This document shows, piece after piece, positions 57,072-64,000 of a DNA stretch of 64,000 bases. Positions within the stretch are counted from its first letter, which is position 1, and every line of letters starts with the position of its first letter. The notes below the pieces were generated by a model. It made no database searches. It saw only the letters and a list, made by a program, of their open reading frames with translations, and had not been told where the DNA came from. Made by a program: the position numbers and the translations under genes. The DNA lies in contig CAXBMO010000005.1 of NCBI GenBank assembly GCA_963977015.1, positions 32,001 to 96,000 of the forward strand, given 5' to 3'. This DNA comes from an uncultured bacterium (GTDB lineage: Bacteria > Verrucomicrobiota > Verrucomicrobiia > Verrucomicrobiales > DEV007).

Positions 57072-59203
57072 GGCTTGTTCAGTGGTGGAAGAATTGCGGC
57101 AGGCCCAATGGGTTCCTCTTGCGGTATTTTCACCCACCAGGCCAAATCGTGAGTCAACGAGACTCGGTTCTCGCCCACCTCTCTTCGAACGGGGCCTTGT
57201 TTGGTTGACTTGTCGACGACTACCGCTCGGTCACGCTGAAAGACTCGAGCTGAATCGCGCCGGAATAGCGGAGAAATGGGCTGTAGCTGCAACAGTTTGA
57301 CCTGCAATTCCCCGGCAAGCTTTCGCGCTTCGGAGTCGTCATACGTAGCGCGCAAAGCTTCCAGAAGCCGGTCGACTTCTTGATCTTTGACACTCGTAAA
57401 GTTGCCCTTGCCGGGGCCAGCCTCGCTGGAATGCCAGTTCGCATACTGGTCCAAGCTCCAGGTTAGCGGTTCCGTCATCAAAGCGGCATCGAAATCAACA
57501 TTGCCGTGTCGAAGCTTTGAGAGTTCTGCATACGAAGCGATGTGCAACTGAACCTGAGCCCCTACCTTGTCTCCAATTCGGCGCCACTGGCTCAACAACG
57601 ATCTCGCGATGTCACGCTGTAATTCATCTCCTCCAATCACGGCGAGGGTAAATGTCAGCGGAGTCCGATCCTTGTGGCGCGTCCCGTAGCGAATGCTGTT
57701 CCATCCCGCGCTCTCCAACAGCTTGATACTCTCTTCCGGGTCAAACGGCACCGGAGACACTTTGCTGTCAATATTGGCCCCCGGATGAAAGAGCTGATCA
57801 ACCAACTCACCATTCCCATCCAGCAGGTCATCGATCATTCTCTGCCGATCAACCGCCATTGCGAGCGCCTCCCTTACCCTCACATCCGCAAACACCTCTT
57901 TCTGCAGATTCCAAGCGATGTAGGTGTGGAAAACCGGAGGACTTTTCACCAAATCAAAATTCTCCCGATTCTGCAGATTTTCATAGGTTGTTGGTTTTGC
58001 CTCGTAGCTGTCGATCGAGTTGATCTGAAAAAGGATCCGCCGCATCCGTGCTTCCAACACTCGCTCGTAAACGAATCGCTGATTCTCCGGTTTGCCACGA
58101 AAGTAGTCTTCGTTCCGCTCCAGTCGAATCGGTCGTTCCGCTTCCCATTCCGCAATGGTGAAAGGCCCCGTTCCGATGAGAGGCGGAAGTCCGGTCTCGT
58201 TGGGAACGTGAAAATAAACGGCATGGGCAGGCAAAATCGGAAGCTCTTCCCACATTTCCAAGGTGCGGCCAATCGGCTTCTTGTAATACACCGTAAACGA
58301 GAGGGGACGCCTGGGTTCGATTCGCTCGATCGATTCCAACGCAGAGGTTACCACGGGTTGGGACTGGCTGTCCTTGGCCATGCTGAGACTGTGCATCACG
58401 TCATCCACCGTAAATGGCTTACCGTCGTGCCAACGAACCCCGTTGCGGAGATTCATCGTCATTCTGGTTGAGAACAGGTAGGAAACCGGCCCGACTTCCT
58501 TCAAAACCGGCTTAAGCTCGGGTTTGGTGTCGTAGTAAATCGCAACTTCGCGCCGAAAACGCTCCAACTTTCCAAACGTATAAAACTCGGCTTGATTGAC
58601 GCTGTTCGCTTTGATTCGGCGGACCTGCCATCCTTCAACCGCGGATTCGGCAAACGATCTCACGCTCTCGGCTGCCGAATCCTTCATCTGAAGTTCCCAC
58701 TTGATGAGTTCGGCCATATCTTCCTTGGCAAAGAATCCAAGCAACTCATCCTTCGCATTGGTGTGATGAGTGTTGAAGTCGACCAGAATCTCGATTTCGC
58801 CATCCGGCGAAATCCGTTCGATTCCCCACCCGTGCCATCGTGCTTTGGCATTTCCCAATTCCTTCAACCAGTGATCCCGGTGTTCCTGACTGCGGAAAAA
58901 GTAACGCGCCGTTGATCCATAGCTCCAATTTTCCGCGAGTCGCCCCTCCAGTTTCATCTCTGGCGATCGACCGAGCAGCCGGTCAAACAGCAGACTTTCG
59001 ATTTCCTCGGAGATGGGGTCCTGCTGCGTGAGTGGATCAATTCCAATCGGGACGGTGGTAATCGCGAAGGTGATGGCATCCGGGTCCACGGCTTCGCGCT
59101 CCGTTCGTGCCATGCTGGCGACAAAGTAGTAGGCCAGCACAATCAGGAGGAGAGGCAGAAAGTAGAGGCTAATTCGAAGCCATCGCACAAGAGGTTGAAT
59201 CAT
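57068..59203 (-). CDS. ABC transporter substrate-binding protein, family 5, with N-terminal TM anchor and insertion
   Basis: LFDRL, LAENW, LRNGVRWHDGKPFT..DV, IGTGPF, FADVRVREAL..AVDR, LLE.AGW. Confidence 0.88.
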   Translation of the reverse strand: MIQPLVRWLRISLYFLPLLLIVLAYYFVASMARTEREAVDPDAITFAITTVPIGIDPLTQQDPISEEIESLLFDRLLGRSPEMKLEGRLAENWSYGSTARYFFRSQEHRDHWLKELGNAKARWHGWGIERISPDGEIEILVDFNTHHTNAKDELLGFFAKEDMAELIKWELQMKDSAAESVRSFAESAVEGWQVRRIKANSVNQAEFYTFGKLERFRREVAIYYDTKPELKPVLKEVGPVSYLFSTRMTMNLRNGVRWHDGKPFTVDDVMHSLSMAKDSQSQPVVTSALESIERIEPRRPLSFTVYYKKPIGRTLEMWEELPILPAHAVYFHVPNETGLPPLIGTGPFTIAEWEAERPIRLERNEDYFRGKPENQRFVYERVLEARMRRILFQINSIDSYEAKPTTYENLQNRENFDLVKSPPVFHTYIAWNLQKEVFADVRVREALAMAVDRQRMIDDLLDGNGELVDQLFHPGANIDSKVSPVPFDPEESIKLLESAGWNSIRYGTRHKDRTPLTFTLAVIGGDELQRDIARSLLSQWRRIGDKVGAQVQLHIASYAELSKLRHGNVDFDAALMTEPLTWSLDQYANWHSSEAGPGKGNFTSVKDQEVDRLLEALRATYDDSEARKLAGELQVKLLQLQPISPLFRRDSARVFQRDRAVVVDKSTKQGPVRREVGENRVSLTHDLAWWVKIPQEEPIGPAAILPPLNKP

Positions 59204-59405
59204 GGTGGCAAATGAACAATTCGCAACCCCTGACATCCCACGAATCGGTGATAGCTGAGACGCCTCTCGTTCCCTTCCCTTCGAGAATCCTCCTTGGAAT
59301 CGGCAAATCGCGATGGTGAATTTTCGTATTTCCTTACGGATTTCCCTTAAGCCGGGATGCGCACTTGACGGGTAACGAATCCACGTCTTCCTATCCCAAC
59401 TTCGC

Positions 59406-60437
59406 ATGAAAGCCACCTCCATTTTACTCTTCGCCCTTCTCACCGTAAGTCCGTTGTTTGGCCAGGATGTGAACCGGGCTCAACTCGCGATCTTCGGGAA
59501 ATTGCCCGAAGTTTTTGAGTCGGAGAAGAATCCGCTCACCCAAGAAAAAATTGATCTGGGCCGGAAGCTCTACTACGAGCCACGACTGTCGAAGGCCCAG
59601 GAAATTTCCTGCAATTCCTGCCATGATCTCGCCTCCTATGGTGTCGACAATCTCGACTTCAGCATCGGTCATCTGGAGCACCGGACCGGCAGAAACTCGC
59701 CTACGGTATTGAATGCCGCCGGTCACCTCACCCAGTTTTGGGACGGACGGGCTCCCGATGTCGAAGAACAGGCCAAGGGCCCGGTTCTGGCTGGTGGAGA
59801 GATGGGAATGCCCAGTGAGGAGTATGTGGTCACCGTTTTGAAGTCGATTCCGGGTTATGTCGAAGAGTTCGCCAAGACGTTCCCCGGCGAGGACGATCCC
59901 GTCACTTACGACAATATGGCCAAAGCGATCGGAGCATTCGAACGGAAATTGGTGACGCCCGCCCCCTTTGACGACTACGTGGAGGGCGATGACGAAGCGC
60001 TCACGGAAGCCCAGAAGCGTGGACTCCAGACCTTCATCTCAACCGGTTGTATCACCTGCCACATGGGCCCCCTGGTCGGCGGCATGACCTACCAAAAGCT
60101 CGGCTTGGTGAAACCCTGGCCCGCGCTCACCGACAAGGGGAGAGGCGCCCTCACCGGCAACGCAGCGGAAGATTATTTCCTCAAAGTGCCCAGCCTTCGA
60201 AATGTCGACAAAACCGGCCCCTACCTGCACGACGGCTCGATCAACAGTCTGCCGCTGACGGTCGGGATGATGGCGGAATATCAGCTGGGGAAAACACTGA
60301 CCAACGGTGAAATTGCCGACATCACGGCCTTTCTTGAGTCGCTGACTGGTGAAATCGATGCTGAATTCGTCAAAAAACCGCAACTTCCACCAAACGGCCC
60401 CAACACCCCAAAACCAGACTTCAGTCCGGCCCTCTGA
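59406..60437 (+). CDS. Diheme cytochrome c peroxidase
   Basis: LG.KLYYEPRLS, CNSCH, RNSPTVLN, QFWDGRA, CITCH, KVPSLRN, PYLHDGS. Signal peptide. Confidence 0.93.
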   Translation: MKATSILLFALLTVSPLFGQDVNRAQLAIFGKLPEVFESEKNPLTQEKIDLGRKLYYEPRLSKAQEISCNSCHDLASYGVDNLDFSIGHLEHRTGRNSPTVLNAAGHLTQFWDGRAPDVEEQAKGPVLAGGEMGMPSEEYVVTVLKSIPGYVEEFAKTFPGEDDPVTYDNMAKAIGAFERKLVTPAPFDDYVEGDDEALTEAQKRGLQTFISTGCITCHMGPLVGGMTYQKLGLVKPWPALTDKGRGALTGNAAEDYFLKVPSLRNVDKTGPYLHDGSINSLPLTVGMMAEYQLGKTLTNGEIADITAFLESLTGEIDAEFVKKPQLPPNGPNTPKPDFSPAL

Positions 60438-60447
60438 AATCCAGCCC

Positions 60448-60828
60448 ATGAACGGGCGCCAATCCATCACGTTTATCTGCGTTACACTCGCGCTAGCAGC
60501 GGGAACGGCGTTTTTCGCCCTGAAAACTCACCGCGAGGCAGAGGAGGTTCGGGCCATGTCCCGGGAGGTTGAGTCCCAAATCGCCGCAAAACTTGATTCT
60601 GCTCAAGCCCAGGTCGCGGCCACTGAAACCGCGATTGGAAAAGAGTCCGAAACACAACGCATTGCGATGCTCGCGCGGTTGAAACGGGCCAGCGGAGAAC
60701 TGGCGTCGCTGCGGGCGAGTGGAGGGAGCGAAACCCGGATTTCCGCGCTCGAGACGGAAATTCGTAACCTTCAGGCGAAAATCGCCGAAATCGACCACCC
60801 GGTCAGTCCGTCAACCTCAGCCAAGTAG
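60448..60828 (+). CDS. Membrane-anchored coiled-coil hypothetical protein
   Basis: ATG 11 nt after the peroxidase stop. One TM followed by heptad-like helices. Confidence 0.6.
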   Translation: MNGRQSITFICVTLALAAGTAFFALKTHREAEEVRAMSREVESQIAAKLDSAQAQVAATETAIGKESETQRIAMLARLKRASGELASLRASGGSETRISALETEIRNLQAKIAEIDHPVSPSTSAK

Positions 60829-61182
60829 CTCCCCAATCCGAACTCGAACGGCTTTGGAGTGTCCGGCGAGAACCCTGTCGAACGAGTGCTCGATCAATTC
60901 GAGCACGAACGCATTCCCAAGCGATCCATCGAGCTTGAGGGTATTCCAATGGCGCTTGTTCATGTGATATCCAGGTTCGATCGCCTCATGCTCGTCGCGC
61001 AGTTCCACCGCACGATCGGGATCACACTTGAGATTCATCCGGACCGGAACTTCATCCGGACTCAACGTCGCAAACATTTTTCCCGCGACCTTGTAGACCA
61101 GATGTTCGGGACCAAAGGGCGTTTCCTCGGTCGTCTCAGGGAAGCCCAACAGCTTCTTGCGCAAGAGCTCGATATCGTTCAC
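60817..61182 (-). CDS. MmcQ/YjbR family DNA-binding protein
   Basis: PFGP...VYKV.GKMFA, NLKCDP, I.PGYHMNKRHWN. The GTG start overlaps the upstream TGA (GTGA). Confidence 0.92.
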   Translation of the reverse strand: MNDIELLRKKLLGFPETTEETPFGPEHLVYKVAGKMFATLSPDEVPVRMNLKCDPDRAVELRDEHEAIEPGYHMNKRHWNTLKLDGSLGNAFVLELIEHSFDRVLAGHSKAVRVRIGELLG

Positions 61183-63239
61183 ACCTTCAAGCTGCTTTTC
61201 ACCTTCTCCCAAAGTCCGCTGCCAACCATCTTATCGGCTTTGTCGAGCAGGACGCGAACCAGTTCCAAAGCGTCCCCTTCTCCGGCCCAATTTCGCTGCA
61301 CAACTTCAGGCTCAACGTCATTCATCATGCGATTGATGACGAAAGCCGCGAGCGCCAAGTCATCAAGATAACCGATTGGCCCCAGCAAACCTTCCGGAAC
61401 GACATCGAATGGAAGCACAAAGTAGGCGATTGCCCCGCCGAGCGCCGCCTTGTGTTTGGAAGGAACATCCGGATCAGCGAGCAGTCGTGTGAGCAGGTGA
61501 AAGAAGTCCGGGACCATCAGAATGTATTCCAGCCAACGGTGACTGAGTCCGGTTTTGGTCGCAGCCCATTCTGAAACGCGATCCCGGAGCTGCCGATAGA
61601 ATCCCTCGTGCCCACTCACGAATTCTCCGGAAATCGAGGTCGTTCCCGCCCCGGGAACGCTTGTCCGGAGGATTCCCGCAGTTTTGCTGCCGCACGATTC
61701 AAGCGTCAGTTCCCCTGTCGCCGAAGCGGGGATCGCAAAAAAGCGGCCGGGCCCAAAAACGTGCTCCCCACATCGAATTTGCCCCTGAATCACCGTGATG
61801 ATCGCAAATTCGCCCAATCCCCCCGCAATTCGCGACTCACCGGGTTTGAGTTCCCATTTTTCGACATTGAAGTACTCGCATTCGACCAAGGTGTTTCCAC
61901 TGGGAATGGCAACTCCAGGCTCGATGTCTTCAAAATCAATGCTCTGAAGGGACTCCTCCACGTGAAGTTCGCGGGGTTTGCCATCCAACCCGGTTCGGTT
62001 CCAATCGAAGACCCGATAAGTAGTATCGCTGTTCTGCTGAATTTCGTAAATCAGCAAGCCCGCGCCAATTGCATGAATCCGGCCACTTGGAATGAACAGA
62101 CAATCGCCGGTTTTGACCTCGATCTCGTGAACTTTGTCCGCGAGGCTGCCATCTTGAATCGCAGCCTCGACCTCTTCCCGAGTCACACCGCTCTTGAGGC
62201 CCGCGTAGAGTTTCGCACCGGGCATCGCGTGAGCGACATACCACATTTCCGTCTTCGGTTCGCCATTCAGAGCTTTCGCCGCTGACTGCGGAGGATGCAC
62301 CTGGATCGACAAATCCTGGGTTGCGTCCAGAATCTTGAGGAGAAGGGGAAATCGATCCCCCGAGGCTCCAGCACCAAAAATCTCGGCCCGCCGTTGCTCC
62401 CACAACTCGCCCAAGGTAAATCCGGCAAAGGTTCCTGCGCGAATCACGGTTTGAGCTTCCGGCCGATCAACCATCTCCCAGCTTTCGCCAAACGGCTGAT
62501 CACTGGGCAATGAACGGTTGAGCCACTCCTGCAGTTTACGGCCGCCCCAAACCCGTTCCTGGTAAACGGGTTGAAACACCAGCGGTTCATTCAAGGGTGG
62601 TGTTTCTCTCAGAACCTTCTTTTTCTGCGCGTTCCATTCTTCAGCAGTGTCGATATCCGTGGAGATTGGCAGAGATCCAATGTGTAGCTGCAACTCCATT
62701 GCGCGCTCAACGCTCTTGTCGAGCGTCTCTTCGGAACTCCAGGGAATGTCTTGAAACAGCTCCGGTTTGAAGAGACTCAACCCAATCAGGTAATAGCCTC
62801 CATCGGCGGCCGGGCCGAAAACCACGTCTTCCTCGTCCAAACGCTCCCAGGTTTTCGTGAAGGTCTCGGGGGTAATTTCCACACAATCCGTCCCAATCGC
62901 CGCGACTTTTCGAAATCCTTGACCAAAGGCGGTCTGGAACGCGGCACTCATTCTTGCCCCCAAATCACCTTCTGCCTGAGCAACCAGCTCGACGTTGCCG
63001 GGTGCATCAGGCCATTCGCTCGCGAGCCAGGTTTTAATGTCTTGCTCGCGATTCGGAGGGTCGAACAGAATCCGGATTTGTTGCGCATCCGTTTGTCCCA
63101 CGACCGCCAGGACTTCCCGAACCAGGCGGCGATAAACAATAGCCGCAGCCTCGTCACCGATTTCTGAACCAAGGCGCGTTTTCACCTCACCGGGCGTGGG
63201 AAATTTAAGGAAAATTAAAATTAGGGTGTCCTTCACCAT
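61179..63239 (-). CDS. Triple fusion: DUF2064 (TIGR04282-like) glycosyltransferase + type I phosphomannose isomerase + DUF1232 (YkvA)
   Basis: K.P.PG.VKTRL, GDLG.RM, IGTDC, GPA.DGGYYL, DID; then VWGG, GESWE, LSIQVHP, KTEMWY, IHAIG, EIQQNSD; then YFVLPFDVVPE...GYLDD. Confidence 0.88.
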   Translation of the reverse strand: MVKDTLILIFLKFPTPGEVKTRLGSEIGDEAAAIVYRRLVREVLAVVGQTDAQQIRILFDPPNREQDIKTWLASEWPDAPGNVELVAQAEGDLGARMSAAFQTAFGQGFRKVAAIGTDCVEITPETFTKTWERLDEEDVVFGPAADGGYYLIGLSLFKPELFQDIPWSSEETLDKSVERAMELQLHIGSLPISTDIDTAEEWNAQKKKVLRETPPLNEPLVFQPVYQERVWGGRKLQEWLNRSLPSDQPFGESWEMVDRPEAQTVIRAGTFAGFTLGELWEQRRAEIFGAGASGDRFPLLLKILDATQDLSIQVHPPQSAAKALNGEPKTEMWYVAHAMPGAKLYAGLKSGVTREEVEAAIQDGSLADKVHEIEVKTGDCLFIPSGRIHAIGAGLLIYEIQQNSDTTYRVFDWNRTGLDGKPRELHVEESLQSIDFEDIEPGVAIPSGNTLVECEYFNVEKWELKPGESRIAGGLGEFAIITVIQGQIRCGEHVFGPGRFFAIPASATGELTLESCGSKTAGILRTSVPGAGTTSISGEFVSGHEGFYRQLRDRVSEWAATKTGLSHRWLEYILMVPDFFHLLTRLLADPDVPSKHKAALGGAIAYFVLPFDVVPEGLLGPIGYLDDLALAAFVINRMMNDVEPEVVQRNWAGEGDALELVRVLLDKADKMVGSGLWEKVKSSLKV

Positions 63240-63511
63240 TATCGTAATTTGGTAATTCGTAGCTGTTAGGCTTTGAAATTGCTACAATGGGTGGCACGCT
63301 AATTTGCGGCACCTGGAATCCGTCTAATCAAAGCCACAACGACCGCCGACTCAAAGTCAATTTCCGCGAAATCCTCGCACCATGAAGCCCGTCCGACTGG
63401 AATCCAACTTCCCTCAAAACCGCAAAGGAAGTCGAATCGCCAATCCCCCGAAAAACCACACGAAATTCTGGTCGCCAGAACGAAGGAAGTTGGTTACCAT
63501 TTCCACTGCCA

Positions 63512-64000
63512 ATGTCTGAATCGATCGGCAAACAGCTGAAGCAAGCACGGCTCAAACGCGGGTTGAGTGTGGAGGATATTGCCCACGAAACGCGGATTCA
63601 GGAATCAATGCTGCGAAATCTGGAGGAGGATGATTACTCACAGTTTCCCAGCCCCACTTACGCCCGCAGCTTTCTCTCGATTTACAGTGAAAATCTTGGT
63701 GTCGATGCGAGCGAGGTCATTGACGCAATGTCCGGCCCAGGAGGTGGCGGAATCGGAGCCAGCAAGGAATCCTTGGAACCGATCATCGATTTAACGCCTT
63801 CCGATCAGACGATCCCAATCTTCAAGGACGTTGAAGAGCCTCAGAAAGGTCATCCGATTGTGATGATCCTGCTGTTCGTGGGGTTGATCGTCCTCGTGCC
63901 GAGCGTCTTCCTCATTGGCAAACGCATGGCGCATGAGGAATTGAGCCAACAGGCAGCCTTGGCCAAAGCAGCTCCCGATTCAGAAAATCAGGCCGGCGAA
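63512..64000 (+). CDS. RodZ-like helix-turn-helix membrane protein, 3'-partial
   Basis: Hand translation MSESIGKQLKQARLKRGLSVEDIAHETRI...LEEDDY...YARSFL..YS..LG then a TM segment. Open to the window end and absent from the ORF track. Confidence 0.85.
   Translation, partial: MSESIGKQLKQARLKRGLSVEDIAHETRIQESMLRNLEEDDYSQFPSPTYARSFLSIYSENLGVDASEVIDAMSGPGGGGIGASKESLEPIIDLTPSDQTIPIFKDVEEPQKGHPIVMILLFVGLIVLVPSVFLIGKRMAHEELSQQAALAKAAPDSENQAGE

Noticed and set aside
63292-63307. Sigma54 promoter TGGCACG...TTGC
   Set aside because: The GG-to-GC spacing is 11 nt rather than the strictly required 10.
1-64000. Many long antisense or alternate-frame ORFs (e.g. 30999..32309-, 32850..33977-, 21351..22589-, 36133..37218+, 33907..34668+)
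   Set aside because: They shadow well-supported genes, carry no recognisable motifs, and are expected from GC-biased codon usage.
1-64000. CRISPR arrays, IS elements, integrases, prophage, rRNA
   Set aside because: No regularly spaced repeats, transposase, integrase or phage motifs were seen, and no intergenic gap is large enough for rRNA.

Overview
A gene-dense chromosomal window of moderate GC content, inferred to come from a Verrucomicrobia (PVC superphylum) bacterium. The inference rests on three PVC-type heme-binding CxxCH proteins, ThuA, SGNH, DUF6807 and SHD1-like secreted proteins, and a LepB with a long N-terminal extension. It holds about 47 genes: housekeeping (lepA-lepB, ppdK, serA, metX, ald, uxaA, fdhD, partial rodZ-like), oxidative stress (ahpC, dps, diheme cytochrome c peroxidase), and many exported proteins of unknown function. 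I could not support any rRNA, tRNA, CRISPR array or mobile element. The main discovery candidate is a small FmdB-like gene (34401->34201, minus). Its apparent TGA stop is followed by a Gly/Cys tail (U-NPFGGCGPQS) and, 12 nt downstream, a hairpin closely resembling the E. coli fdhF SECIS, so it is a probable unannotated selenoprotein. Other notable items are a DUF2064-glycosyltransferase/phosphomannose isomerase/DUF1232 triple fusion, a stand-alone nSTAND1-like NTPase, a peptide-type ABC system whose only ATPase has lost its signature and H-loop, a five-gene envelope operon (coiled-coil, two LTxxQ-like paralogs, prenyltransferase-fold, giant TlpA), a frameshifted adenylate cyclase, and a 43-bp bidirectional promoter that appears to drive two leaderless mRNAs. 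Family assignments come from recognising motifs by eye; no database searches were run.
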